In this document: positions 38,067 to 51,689 of the stretch, piece by piece
Layout of the letters: every line of letters begins with the position of its first letter
Numbering within the stretch: position 1 is the stretch's first letter
Source of the DNA: Dictyostelium discoideum
Taxonomy: Eukaryota
DNA: 64,000 nucleotides
Assembly (NCBI GenBank): GCA_000004695.1
Contig: CM000151.3
Span: 320,001 to 384,000 of the forward strand
Direction: 5' to 3'
Position numbers and translations under genes: made by a program
The notes under the pieces: generated by a model
What the model was told of the DNA's origin: nothing
Database searches by the model: none
The model's input: the letters and a program-made list of their open reading frames with translations, nothing else

Positions 38067-40898
38067 ATGAAAAATAATAATAAAAATAATAATAATAATA
38101 ATTTAGAAAATGAAAATGATATTGATGATAGTGAATTAGAAAAAAAGAGTTTAAAATCAATTAAAGAGATTGCTCAATCATATAGTATATCAACAACCAA
38201 TTTAAAAAAAGCAGAAATAATTGAAAAGATTAAATCAATAGTTAAAAGAAAAAGAGAATATGAAGAAGAACAAGAACAAAAAGAAAATGTTAATTCATTT
38301 AATAAAATTATTAAATTAACAATTACAGATAATATTGAACCCACTGAAATATTATTTTGGAAATTATTTAGAAATAAAGCAATTTATAAAAAGATATTCT
38401 CATTTATGGATAACCAATTCACAATAAGTTATGACTCAATAGATGATATATGTAAATTAGTAAATTCAAATCAAGTCAATTTAATAAGAGAAAAAGTTTA
38501 TAGAAATTGTAGATATTTACACTTCCATCCAAATCAGTATCATAACCATATTGCGGATATTCATTTTTTAGTGAAATTATTTTCAACAATTAAAGAAGAC
38601 GATTATAGATTCTATAGAAACTTTTTTAATGAAGAGAATGATTATTTTAGTTCACCAAATCATATAACACAAGCATCAATTATTTCAAAGAGATTACAAG
38701 TTTTTAAATTATTTGTAAATGAATTCAATTATGAACCAACAAAAAAAGATCTTCTATATTCAATTATTTCAGGTTCAAACAAATTCATTAAATATATATT
38801 AGAATTAAATTCACCAAATTCAGTTTTATTTGATAGAAAAATAGTTGATACTGATTTTAAAGATTTCTATGCTAAAGGATTTGGAAGTAATTATCCTACT
38901 AAAGAAGATAGTTTTTTCAAAGGGTTTTTATGTTTTTTAAATAACATTAACCTTGATGAAAATGATAGAGATCAATATTATAAGTTATTAATTGGTCAAT
39001 CCATTCATAACCCATATTCAGGTTATGGTTTTCAAATTAATGAAAAGTCAACATTAAAATCATTAATCACCACTGCTAGATTAATTTTAAAATTAAAAAC
39101 ACCATCCGCATCATACAAAGTACAATTTAAAGAAGAATGTTTCCCAAAAGTATTAAAAAAAATCGAAGCAGTCGCAACAATTGAAGAGATTGATAATTTC
39201 ATAAAGAAAATTGATAAAGTGAACTTAAAATCATTTTTAGATGATCCTATCAATTTTAATAATAGTGATGATAATAATGAAATTAAAAATTTTATAAAGA
39301 AATTATTAAAATTATATTATTTAAATTTTAGTATTGAACTATCAAATACTTTATACTTTTGTTATTATCATGAAGATTCCAATGATGATTATAAAGTTTT
39401 TCATTTTCATCATTTAATTGAAACTGCATTTAGATTTGGAAATTATGAAATTTTAGAATCATATGAAACAATCAATTGCCTACATTTTTTACCAGGAATT
39501 GGTCAAGATCATAGTAATCAAAATCACGATAGTCATCGTTATAAAGTTTTATTTTCACATTGTTTTAATAAAGGGAAAAAGATTAAATTCATTGATCACA
39601 TAATTCAAAGAACCATTCAACAACCAGAACCTGGATTTCAAATTTATTTCTTGTATATGCTTGTAATTCATAATAATATAGAGTTGGTAAAATATTATTC
39701 AAATAAAGTTGGTAAAAATATACAAGTAGAATCTATTGGAAGATTAACTCCACCAACCTATTATATCGAATCAATAGAGATGTTAGAATATTTATTTTAC
39801 AATCAATGTAATTACTTTAGAGATGTGTTTTTTGATGGCAAAAAAAGTACATTTTATAAAAATTTAGAATTATTAAAACATTTTGAATCATTATTAAATA
39901 AATCAAAATTAGGATGTGGTAGTGGTAATTGTAGTGGTATGCATTCTTATAATGGTCTTGTTAGCTTTATAAAAGGTATGGGCTTTGGAAGTGGTATATA
40001 TGGCTCTTTTGAGTATAAATCAAATAAGAATTATGTAGATTTTGCAAAACACTTTGCTTCAAATCCACAAATTTACAAGGGTTATACATTTGATTACGAG
40101 CATTTGTTTTTATTATTTACTACTCCTGTATCATCATCATCATCATTTTCATCTAAAATTTCAATTAACTTTGAAACTTTAAGAAATTTATTAATTAACG
40201 CATATTCTTTTGGAAGAAGCCCAATCTTTGAAAGATCAAAACCAACACACACACAACACCATTATTCAAGGGAATATTTAAAATTTTTTGATTGGATGTG
40301 TATAAATTATAGTCATGAAATTGGAGATCGAAGTTGTAGATTCTTGTATACAAATGAAGAAAGATATAAATACCATTTACTTATTGCAGTTGATAGAATA
40401 GATCTTGACAAAGATAATTATTATAATGGAGGTAATGATCAAGAGGAAGGAAATATTAGTGTTTATATTGAAAGATTGAATTCCTTAACATATGATGTCA
40501 TATATTTCACCCCATATTTATATGAAATTAATAATTTTAAATTTTTAAATTGGTTTTTAACAATCATTGAAAAGTATCACAATTCCAAATCAACATCATC
40601 TCATGATAAATCTATTATGGAGTCAATGGTTTTCACATTTATGGAATATATTACATTACATTCAAAATTACAAATACTTGAATACATTCATCATAATTTT
40701 CATTTCATTTTAAAGAAACAATCAGATGGTGGAATATTAAATATTGGAGAATTAAAATCTTTTATATTTTCATCACTTAAAAGAGATTCAATTAAAATTT
40801 CTAAATTCCTTTTTCAATTTATTACCATCACTAAAAATGAATTTGGTAAATATTCAAATGAAAAAACAAAATCATATTTTAAAAATATGTTTAAATAA
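38067..40898 (+). CDS. Family-2 paralog, copy G (943 aa, intact): SAP/HeH-like N-terminal motif, ankyrin-like repeats, conserved C-terminal domain of unknown function
   Basis: Single uninterrupted ORF. LKSIKEIAQSYSISTTNLKKAEIIEKIKSIV fits the SAP helix-extension-helix pattern (L..L.V.EL...A.....GKKAELIERL). Segments such as LLYSIISGSNKFIKYILELNSP and LVIHNNIELVKYYSNKVGKNIQ resemble ankyrin repeats. Conserved leader gacagtattgcacaATG. Confidence 0.7.
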   Translation: MKNNNKNNNNNNLENENDIDDSELEKKSLKSIKEIAQSYSISTTNLKKAEIIEKIKSIVKRKREYEEEQEQKENVNSFNKIIKLTITDNIEPTEILFWKLFRNKAIYKKIFSFMDNQFTISYDSIDDICKLVNSNQVNLIREKVYRNCRYLHFHPNQYHNHIADIHFLVKLFSTIKEDDYRFYRNFFNEENDYFSSPNHITQASIISKRLQVFKLFVNEFNYEPTKKDLLYSIISGSNKFIKYILELNSPNSVLFDRKIVDTDFKDFYAKGFGSNYPTKEDSFFKGFLCFLNNINLDENDRDQYYKLLIGQSIHNPYSGYGFQINEKSTLKSLITTARLILKLKTPSASYKVQFKEECFPKVLKKIEAVATIEEIDNFIKKIDKVNLKSFLDDPINFNNSDDNNEIKNFIKKLLKLYYLNFSIELSNTLYFCYYHEDSNDDYKVFHFHHLIETAFRFGNYEILESYETINCLHFLPGIGQDHSNQNHDSHRYKVLFSHCFNKGKKIKFIDHIIQRTIQQPEPGFQIYFLYMLVIHNNIELVKYYSNKVGKNIQVESIGRLTPPTYYIESIEMLEYLFYNQCNYFRDVFFDGKKSTFYKNLELLKHFESLLNKSKLGCGSGNCSGMHSYNGLVSFIKGMGFGSGIYGSFEYKSNKNYVDFAKHFASNPQIYKGYTFDYEHLFLLFTTPVSSSSSFSSKISINFETLRNLLINAYSFGRSPIFERSKPTHTQHHYSREYLKFFDWMCINYSHEIGDRSCRFLYTNEERYKYHLLIAVDRIDLDKDNYYNGGNDQEEGNISVYIERLNSLTYDVIYFTPYLYEINNFKFLNWFLTIIEKYHNSKSTSSHDKSIMESMVFTFMEYITLHSKLQILEYIHHNFHFILKKQSDGGILNIGELKSFIFSSLKRDSIKISKFLFQFITITKNEFGKYSNEKTKSYFKNMFK

Positions 40899-41029
40899 AT
40901 AAATAATAAATTAAATTACTTTTTTTAAAAAATTGAATTTCTTATTTTGGAAATTGTGATTGAAAATAATTGTTTAATTTTATTTATTTATCTGATTTTA
41001 TTTTATATTTTTTTTTTTTTACCACTTCA

Positions 41030-41235
41030 CTATCAGCGCTACCACCACAACTTCAATCAGCGCCGCCACCACTTCTACTATAAGCGCCACCACCACTTCT
41101 ACTATCAGCACTAACACCACAACTTTAATCAACGCTACCACCACAACTTTAATCAGCGCTAACACCACTTCTACTATAAGCGCCACCACCACTTCTACTA
41201 TCAGCACTACTACTTCTATTAGAACTACCACTATA
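41030..41235. repeat. GC-richer minisatellite, about 9 tandem copies of a 24-bp unit (ccaccac[at][at]ct[at]c[at]at[ac]agcgc[tc]a)
   Basis: Direct reading. ORF 41019-41240 (VVVALIVEVV...) is a translation artefact of the repeat. Confidence 0.6.
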
Positions 41236-41761
41236 AACACCCCATTTCTATTATTATACTGCAGTTACTGTCACTGTTATTATCACTGTTGCTATTACTA
41301 TTATATTCAGTAATACGATTCCCAATGCTATTTTAAATAATTCTTTAATGTTATTACCAAAATGATGCTCATAAATTAATGATTTTAATAATTCTCTGAA
41401 TCTTTTTAACCAACATTTTAGTGAAAATGAAAAAAAAAAAATAAAAAAAAATAAAAAAAAAAAAAATAACCACAAGTCAGCAAAATTATAGTGCGTTTTG
41501 AGCAAATTAATCATAAAAAAAAAAATTAAAAAAACTCACCCAAGTCAAACAAAAAAAAAAAAAAAAAAAAAAAAAATAAAAAAAGGGTTTAAACTCGCCA
41601 TAAAATATTAAAAAACTTTCTAAGTTAATTATTATGAATATTTTTTTTTTATTTTAAAAATTTAAAACTATACAATAAAAATATTTTATACTAAAATTTT
41701 TTTGAAAATAAAATAAATTGAATTTTATTTATTTATTTATTTTTATTATTATTATTATTAA

Positions 41762-41810
<49 letters not shown>

Positions 41811-41836
41811 AATAAAAAAGGCAACTAAATGGCCGA

Positions 41837-42700
41837 TTACTCTGAATCAATATCAATTATTGTTGGTGATTCACCAATAATTACACAATCATCATCATCA
41901 TCACTGAATATGATGGATAAGTCATCTCGAAGCTCAATCATCAAGCCTATAAAGCATTTGACCACCTTTTGATCATTTGTTATAAAAGGTGGTATATTAT
42001 TGATGATTGAGTGACACTTTCCCATTTTTGTGAGAATAAATTCTGATGATTCTTTATACTGATCATAGTGAAGTGAAGCGAGGTGATTACTGAATACATG
42101 GATATCGCCACATTTATAACAACTCTTGTTTCTATTTGCATATACTAACTTTGTCATTATACCAATAATATAAACAATTGAGTTAACACATAATAATGTT
42201 TTATCTTCTTTAAGATTGTTAAAATAACCCAACACACTATTGTACTGGTCTACATCTGAGATCAATTTACTCATCATAAATGACCCTTTGGTGCCTTCAG
42301 ATTTTGAAAAAATCGAAGAATCACCACAAAGGCATTTTTTTGTTTGTGATGAGGAGGTTGTTGGGGACATAAATGATGAATGTGATGAAGTTGAGGTAAT
42401 TGTTGTTGTTGAAGAAGAGGATGTAGATATTGATGGTTTGGTTAATGAAGAGGTGGTAAATGTTGTTGTTGTGGTGTTTGTTGTGGGTTTCAAATACTCT
42501 TCATTACTTGATTGGTTGTTTTCAAACAAAAGGTGCATGGAGCCAATATTTACAACTTCAACTTCTTTTTCTTCAATGTTATCTGGTGATAGGATGGCCT
42601 TAAGCTCATCACTGATCTTACCAGCAAAACTTTTTTCACCCACGGTTCTGATTTTATCTATAAAAAAATTAATAAATAAATTTATTATTATTATTATTAC

Positions 42701-42749
<49 letters not shown>

Positions 42750-43197
42750 ATTTATATATAAAATTATATATTTACCAAGTCTCAATCTCTTTTTATCTCT
42801 AATGTCTTTTTCTTCTTTTTCTTTTTCAATTTGTTTATCCAATTTGAATTTGTCCTTGTCCAATTTTAATTTCTCTTTTTCAAGCTTAATTCTAAGCTTT
42901 TCTTGTTGTTCTTGAATTTTTGATTGATTTCTTTTCTCCCTGTCCGAGAAAATTCTTTCGGTCTCTTTTGCTATATATAAAAAAAAATTAATAAATTATT
43001 ATTATAAGTATAATTATCTATATTATAAACAAATTACCTTTTAACATTGTTTTATATTCCTTTGGATGAAAGGAACAACTCAAACAAATTTCATATCCTG
43101 GGCATGGTTGGCATGGTGTAGCACCCCTTCTTTTTTGGCTGGTACAATTGCTATTGAGTTTGTGACATGATTTACAATATAGTTTGGTTGAGTCCAT
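41837..43197 (-). CDS. Putative transcription factor-like protein with an N-terminal Cys-rich Zn-cluster-like motif, a basic coiled-coil, and an S/T-rich C-terminal domain. Exons 43038-43197, 42776-42970 and 41837-42657.
   Basis: MDSTKLYCKSCHKLNSNCTSQKRRGATPCQPCPGYEICLSC... (CX2CX6CX10CX2CX5C), then AKETERIFSDREKRNQSKIQEQQEKLRIKLEKEKLKLDKDKFKLDKQIEKEKEEKDIRDKKRLRL, then DKIRTVGEKSFAGKISDELKAIL.... Introns of 67 and 118 nt with GTAATT/GTAAAT...AG boundaries. Confidence 0.5.
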
Positions 43198-43439
43198 TAT
43201 AAAATAATGAAAAATGATTTTAAAAAATAATTAATAAATAAAATAAATATGAAAAAAAATAATAGATAAATAAAATATGAGTGAATAAAATAATTAAAGT
43301 TTTAAAAAAAACAATTTAAATACTTAAAATATTTCATTGTAACTGAGTTATCTTTGTTTTGATAAAAGATTTTATTTTTATTTTATTTTATTTTTCTTTT
43401 TTTAATTTAAAAAAAAGTGGGGGAAAATATCTCCAACTG

Positions 43440-44990
<1,551 letters not shown>

Positions 44991-45061
44991 AACAAATCTT
45001 CAACCCCTCTCAAAAAAAAAAAAAAAATGAAAATAAAAAAAAAAAGTGAAAATAAAAATAA

Positions 45062-46283
45062 AAATACCAACCAAAAAAAACAGATCTTTTGCATTCGATT
45101 GTTTCAGGTTCAAATAAATTCATTCAATATATATTAGAATTAAATTCACCGGATGCAGTTTTATTTGAAAATAGTTGATACTGATTTTAAAGATTTCCAT
45201 TCCAGAGGATTTAGTAAAAACTATCCTACAAAAAAAGATCGTTTTTTCAAAGGGTTTTTATGTTATTTAAATACCATTAAAGTTGATGACAATAATAGAT
45301 CAATATTATCAATTATTAATTGGTACATCCATTCGTAATCTATATTTGGATAATTGTTTTGAAATTAATGAAAACTCAACATTAAAAACATTAATCACCA
45401 CTGCTAAATTAATTTTAAAATTAAAAACACCACCATCACAATCATCACCATCTTTAGATTTAAAAGTAAAAGAAAAAGTAGAACAAGAAAAAAAAGAAGA
45501 GGAAGAAGGAAAAAAAGAAAAGGTTTTTCCAAAATTTATAAAAAATATCAAAGCAGTTGAAACAATTGAAGAAATTGATAATTTCATAAAGAAAATTGAC
45601 AAAGTGAACTTAAAATCATTTTTAGATATTCCAATCAACTTCAGTAATAGTGATAATAATGAAATTAAAAATTTTATAAAGAAATTATTAAAATTATATT
45701 TTTCAAATTCTGATACTAAAGTATCAAAAATTTTATATTTCTGTTATTACCATGAAGAATCCAATTATGATTATAAAACTATATTCCCCTCTACTCTTCA
45801 TTTGATTGAAACTGCATTAAGATTTGGAATTTATGAAATTTTAGAACCAAAAAAAACAATGGGGTGTCATAATTTCTTACCAAAAATCGGTCAAGATTCT
45901 AATTATCAATATTATAATAGTCATCGTTATAAATTTTTATTTTCACATTGTTATGATAAAGAGAAAATGATTAAATTCATTGATCGTATAATTCAAAGAA
46001 CCATTCAACAACCTGAACCTGGATTTCAAATTTATTTCTTGTATATGCTTGTAATTCATAATGATATAGAGTTAGTAAAATACTATTCAAATAATGTTGG
46101 TAAACATCTACAAATATATTCTCCTCGGGAAATATTTCCACCAACCTATTATATCGAATCAAAAGAGATGTTAGAATATTTATTTTACAATCAATGTAAT
46201 TACTTTATAGATGTTTATTTTAAATCTTACAAAAGTTCATATTTTAAAAATTTAGAATTATTAAAACATTTCGAATTATTATT
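45062..46283 (+). pseudogene. Family-2 paralog, copy H, 5' half (5'-truncated at about 45062). Interrupted at 46283 by the Tdd-4-like transposon; the 3' half resumes at 50128-51153.
   Basis: 45062-46283 is collinear with 38740-39900 of the intact copy (…PTKKDLLHSIVSGSNKFIQYILELNSP... to ...NLELLKHFELL). 50133 onwards gives ...SKSVNQLGDSCGGSIGICSGRGIHSSNGLVSLIKG..., matching ...NKSKLGCGSGNCSGMHSYNGLVSFIKG... of the intact copy. The ORF-track Met at 50131 is fortuitous. Confidence 0.65.
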
Positions 46284-46486
46284 TGTTGTAGGGAATTTTC
46301 CATAAAATTTCACTACAGTAGCGTAGTGAATTTTATTATTTAATTTCACTACAGTAGCGTAGTGAAAAAAAAAAATCACTGACCTTAAATTTTTTTTTTT
46401 TTCAAAAAACAAATAAAGTTTATTAAATTGAAATTTTATTTTTTGTTTTAATTATTATTTTATTTATTTTTATTATAATTATTGTT

Positions 46487-46526
<40 letters not shown>

Positions 46527-46667
46527 CAATTTTTTTTTTTTAAATTTTTTTCAATTTTTATTTGTTTATTAAATTGTAATTTTATTTTTTGTTTTAATTA
46601 TTATTTTATTTATTATTATTGTTAATTTTTTTTTTTTTTCAATTTTTTTTTTTTTATTTTATTTTTA

Positions 46668-47010
46668 TTAATTTATTTTTATTAACTCCCTGAGTTGTTC
46701 AATTGCTTGATTTACCATATCACTGTAAACACTGCACACAATTGAATTTTTTCTAGCTTTGTTACCTCTGGTGCATTTGATGTTTTTGCATTTTCCTTTG
46801 TATACAAAAAAGTCCAAATATAATTCGTTTTCTATTACAGTTTTTACACAATGTTGGTGAAATTGTTTTGATTTTAATTTTAATGCTTCTAACATCATAT
46901 TTGGATTTTTAACGATTAAAGCATCACCACTATTTACATATAGTACTTTGGCTGCTTTTTCGAGGAATTTAGTCAAATTTTCCTCTGAATCTAACTATTC
47001 TTCATTGCCA
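46668..47010 (-). CDS. Second small ORF inside the Tdd-4-like element (about 100 aa, unknown function)
   Basis: ORF 46668-46976: MTKFLEKAAKVLYVNSGDALIVKNPNMMLEALKLKSKQFHQHCVKTVIENELYLDFFVYKGKCKNIKCTRGNKARKNSIVCSVYSDMVNQAIEQLRELIKIN. A possible upstream mini-exon (MIEELIDSIKLLRNLAIEYGNEE) lies at about 46985-47055. Confidence 0.3.
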
Positions 47011-47302
47011 TATTCAATGGCTAAATTTCTTAAGAGTTTTATCGAATCTATTAATTCTTCGATCATTCTTTTTTTTTGAAATTTTTTTTTATTTTGTTTT
47101 TTCAATTTTTTTTTTTTATTTTGTTTTTTCAATTTTTTTTAAGTTTTATTTTTTTTTATTTTTTTTTATTTTTTTTAACAAATGTAATTTTTTTTTATTT
47201 TTTTCAATTTTTTTTTTTTTTTAATTTTTAATTTTTTTTTTTTTTTTTAATTTTTTGTGTTGATTTGTGTTTTTTTTGTTTTTTTGATTTGGCCACTTGT
47301 TT

Positions 47303-49800
47303 TTATTTTCTAATTTCCCCATACCCCCTTCTATTAATTGCAACCAAATCAAGTTCTAATTTTTGTGTCCTTGTTAACTTTGTTTTTGCAACTTTTTTTG
47401 AAGGTATCACATTAACGATTTTTCCTATTGATGGTGATTTGGAAGGTGATTTAAATGGTGATTTAAAAGGTGAATTGGAAGGTGATTTAAATGGTGAATT
47501 GGAAGGTGAAATGGATGGTGATTTGGAAGGTGATTTAAATGGTGATTTGGAAGGTGATTTAAATGGTGATTTAAATGGTGAATTGGAAGGTGAAATGGAT
47601 GGTGATTTGAGAGGTGATTTGGATGGTTTAGAATGTGATTTTAAAGGAGGTTTATTAACAATTGGTATCTTATGAGGACGGCCTCTGAGACGTTTAACAG
47701 TTGTTACTATACCACTACCAGATTGTGGTATAGTATACGATGGTATTATTTGCACTTGAGGTATTGGTGGTACTATTTCTTTTAAATTCATATCCTTTCT
47801 CAAACAATTCATTAAATTTGGCGCTGTTGGATTATTATTTAAAAATGGGAGTATTTCTTCTTGTTCCATTTCATTATTGAGTTTGTGTTGAAATGGATTA
47901 TCGTTAATGATAGGTGGAATATTTGATGGATTGTTAAGAGCATCTTCCAAAACCCTAAATGGATCATTTTGTGTTACCAATTGATGCAAGTTGAAATTGG
48001 ATAAATCCTTACCAAGATTTTTAATAAACTGAACCAGAAATTCAATAACTTTCCCATCATTATTTAAATAAAGACCAGAAGTAAAAGAATCAATATCTTT
48101 TTGTATGTTTGGCGATGTTCTAAAAATATCAACTGTTGATTGTTTATAAAGAACCAACTTGTTACCTCCTACAAAACCAGAGTATAAACCTTTTTTTTGA
48201 AGGCTATTGATTCCATCTTCCAAAAATTCAAGTTTATAAAGTTGTTTAGTGTCTTCCTGTATTACCTTATGAATTTTACACAAAATCAATATTTTCTATT
48301 AGAATTAAATATAAAATTTGTTAATTATTACTGTTTCATATATTATTAATCTTTATGTTTTAATTACTTACATTATTTTTTTTAATTTCTAGAAAGAGTA
48401 CAGTATCACCAACTTTCAATCCCTTTGGTGGTTTTGAATTCCATTGATTTTGGTAACTTGTGAGATTTTCAAGAATAATAGCTGTTCTTTCTTCTTTTGA
48501 AACATCTGAAACACCAATTGATTGAGAGTCTTGTTCTGATTGAACATTAATAAACAAAGGAACAATACCAACAGCTTGAGATGGTTTCATTTTAATTGTT
48601 CTTGTTTTTGTATTATTGTAATCATACAAAGCTTGTTTTAATAGTTCAGAAAGAGACCTAGAAGTACCATCAAGAAAACTAAAATTTATTTATAAATGAT
48701 TAATTAATAAACATATCGATAATTTATATTGTTCACAATATCATACTCTTGTTGTTTTAATTTTGAGATCCTCTCCTTGATAGTTCGATTCAATCTTTCT
48801 ACCATACCTTGAGTTGTTGGTGTACGAGGAGCTCCATGTGCTGACTTGGAGCCTGGAAAAAGTTTTAGGAATTCTTTTTGGACTTTGTTTTTAAATTCAC
48901 GTCCATTATCGCAGTGCCATACTTTCACAGGTTTGCCAAAGTACGTGAGAGCCAAAAAATTGTATATGGGAACTGTTCTCTTTGTTGTCAAACATCTAAA
49001 AAATAAATGATAATTAAAATAAAAAAAGAAAACTAATAAATTAATAAATAAAAAATAAATACCTTCCAGTAGCAAATTTTGTAAAAGAATCTATGCATAG
49101 AATAATGTAAACAACATCGGTGTCGTACGGTTGTACAGAGTCATATTGGATAAGATCATCTAGTTTAGTTAGTATCTTTTCATTATCATCATCGTATGTA
49201 ACTTTTTCTTTATGTTCACCTTTAATTGATGTTAAATCATAAACCAATCTTGAGTATTCCTCGGTATCTACAATTGGAGCAAAATCCTTTGTTATACCTA
49301 TTAATTTATTTAAATTATTAAAAGAGTTTTAATATAAAAGTTACAAAACATCATATAAAAATGATTGATACCAAACCTTTTATTCTATTTCGTTGGCAAA
49401 TGTCACACGTATCTACTGCATCAGATACAAAAGAATACAATCCCATATTATAATATTTAGTCTTGTAGTTCCCATAGGTTGCATCTCTTCCTATATGACC
49501 TTTATGCATTTCTTCCCAGAGTGATACCATTCTATAATCATTAATTACTTCTAAACACACTTCTTTTGATATATTTCTATCTCCGCCACAATTCATGACT
49601 TTTTTTTCAATTCTAAATAATTTTTCTTTTCTGTTTCTGTTTTTTATTGGTCAGAATTTAAAAAATGATTGTGTTATTGTAAGGAAAAATATTTACTCAT
49701 CATGTAAAAATTTATAATTTTTATGTTTAGTATTTTCAAAATTATTATCTTCAATAAATTTTAAATAATTTATAATTTCATTTATTTTATCTTGTTTCAT
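47303..49800 (-). CDS. Retroviral-type (rve) integrase-like transposase of the Tdd-4-like element, about 6 exons. HHCC zinc finger, DDE core, C-terminal extension with an RGRP AT-hook-like motif and (S/P/K)-rich repeats.
   Basis: Exon 1 49696-49800 (MKQDKINEIINYLKFIEDNNFENTKHKNYKFLHDE). HHCC: ...WEEMHKGHIGRDATYG...CDICQRNRIK. Core: ...YIILCIDSFTKFATGR / CLTTKRTVPIYNFLALTYFGKPVKVWHCDNGREFKN...HGAPRTPTTQGMVERLNRTIKERISKLKQQE / SLSELLKQALYDYNN...GLKVGDTVLFLEIKKNN. Tail: ...VTTVKRLRGRPHKIPIVNKPPLKSHSKPSKSPLKSPSISPSNSPFKSP.... Introns 60-120 nt with GTAAAT/GTATTT/GTATGA/GTAAGT...AG boundaries. Confidence 0.7.
47440..47640. repeat. Tandem 18-bp coding repeat (ggtgatttaaatggtgat / ttggaaggtgat...) encoding the KSPSKSPFKSP tail of the integrase. 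The plus-strand ORF 47265-47675 is its antisense artefact.
   Basis: Direct reading. Confidence 0.6.
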
Positions 49801-49815
49801 TTTGGGAAAATGAAA

Positions 49816-49850
<35 letters not shown>

Positions 49851-50127
49851 TGTTGGGGAAAAAAAAAAAAAGTTTTGGCGCAAAAAAAAAAAAAAAAATA
49901 AAATAAAAAAAAAAAAAAATAAAATAAAAAAAAAAAAAAATAAAAAAACTTATATAGAACTAATAATCAAATAAAAGATAATAATTTAATAAACTTTATT
50001 TGTTTTTTGAAAAAAAAAAAATTTAGGGTCAGTGATTTTTTTTTTTCACTACGCTACTGTAGTGAAATTAAATAATAAAATTCACTACGCTACTGTAGTG
50101 AAATTTTATTGAAAATTCCCTACAACA

Positions 50128-51153
50128 TTATTGGATATATCAAAATCAGTAAATCAATTGGGTGATAGTTGTGGTGGTAGTATTGGTATTTGTAGTGGTA
50201 GAGGTATTCATTCTTCTAATGGTCTTGTTAGCTTAATAAAAGGTATAACCTTTGGAATTGGTAGTAATGATTTTTTCGACTTTAAAAGAAATAAGAATTA
50301 TGCAGATTTTGCAAAACACTTTGCTTCAAATCCACAAATTTACAATAGTGATAAATTAGATCACAATGAATTGTTTTTATTATTCACTACTGCTGTATCA
50401 TCATCATCATCATCATTTTCATCTAAAATTCCAATTCACTTTGAAACATTAAGAAATTTATTAATTAATGCAAAAGCTTTTGGAAGAAAACCAATCATTG
50501 AAAGAACAAAACCAACACCCATACAATGCCATTATTCAAAAGAATATTTAAAATTTTTGGATTGGATGTATATAAATTATAATAATGGAATTGAAGATCA
50601 AGATCAATTCTTAGGTATGATTAAAGAAAGATATAAACACCATTTACTTATTACAATTGATAGATTAAATCTTAACAATAACAATTATTTTGATGGTAAT
50701 GAAGAAGGAGATACAATTTATATTGAAAGATTAGGTTTCTTAACAAATGATGTCATACGTTTCACCCCATATTTATATGAAATTAATAATTTTAAATTTT
50801 TAAATTGGTTTTTAACAATCATTCAAAAACATCACAATTCTATGCCAACAACCGAACATCATATTTTATGTATTAAAGAAATGATTTACACATTTATGGA
50901 ATATATTATATCAAATTCAAAATTAGAAATACTTGAATACATTCATCAAAATTTTCATTTCATTTTAAATAAAAAATCAAATGGTGGAATATTAAATATT
51001 AAAGATTTGAAATCTTTTTTAATTTCATCACTTAATAGAGGTTCAATTAAAATTTCTAAATTCCTTTTTCAATTCATTACCATCACTAAAAATGAATTTG
51101 AAAAAAATTTAAATGAAAAAACAAAATCTTATTTTAAAAATATGTTAGAATAA
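50128..51153 (+). pseudogene. Family-2 paralog, copy H, 3' half (C-terminal about 340 codons), downstream of the Tdd-4-like insertion
   Basis: See 45062-46283. Ends ...ISKFLFQFITITKNEFEKNLNEKTKSYFKNMLE*, as in the intact copy. Confidence 0.65.
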
Positions 51154-51441
51154 ATAAAAATAAATAGTACTTTAAAAAAAAAAAAAAAAGGGAAGATTTA
51201 TCATAGACTTTTATTATTTTTTTAATATTAAAATTTTATTATTTTTTTAAAAAAATACTGTAATATAATAATAAAAATAAACATTTTTTGAATAAAAAAA
51301 AAAAAAATAAAAAAATAAAAAAAATCAAATCGAATCAAATCAAATCAAATCAAATCAAATCAAATCAAATCAAATCGAATCAAATCAAATCAAACCAAAC
51401 CAAATCAAACCAAATTAAATACAATTAAATCAATTTAAATT

Positions 51442-51485
<44 letters not shown>

Positions 51486-51689
51486 TCACATTGGGATACC
51501 AGAGTTTCTTTTTAAATTTACTTCAATGATAAAAATGAATTTGAAAAATTAAACTTTTTAAATAAATTTAATTATAATAATATTATAAAAAAAAAACAAA
51601 CAAGTTTTAATATTATTTAAAAAAAAAAAAAAAAATATTTTCACAAAAATAAACTTTTTTTTTCTTATTTATTTATTTCAACAAAATAA

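Larger units (their letters stand above)
46284..50127 (-). mobile_element. Tdd-4 / Ginger2-like DNA transposon (3,844 bp) with about 105-bp terminal inverted repeats and a 5-bp target-site duplication TTATT (46279-46283 and 50128-50132)
   Basis: Left end tgttgtagggaattttccataaaatttcactacagtagcgtagtgaattttattatttaatttcactacagtagcgtagtgaaaaaaaaaaatcactgacc. Right end (50020-50127) is its near-exact reverse complement. The host family-2 sequence is contiguous across the insertion. Carries the rve-integrase gene and subterminal direct repeats (46425-46490 and 46560-46640). Confidence 0.8.

Noticed and set aside
47265-47675. Plus-strand ORF GDLEGDLNGDLKGELEG… inside the Tdd-4-like element
   Set aside because: It is the reverse-complement reading of the 18-bp tandem repeat that encodes the KSPSKSPFKSP tail of the integrase on the minus strand.
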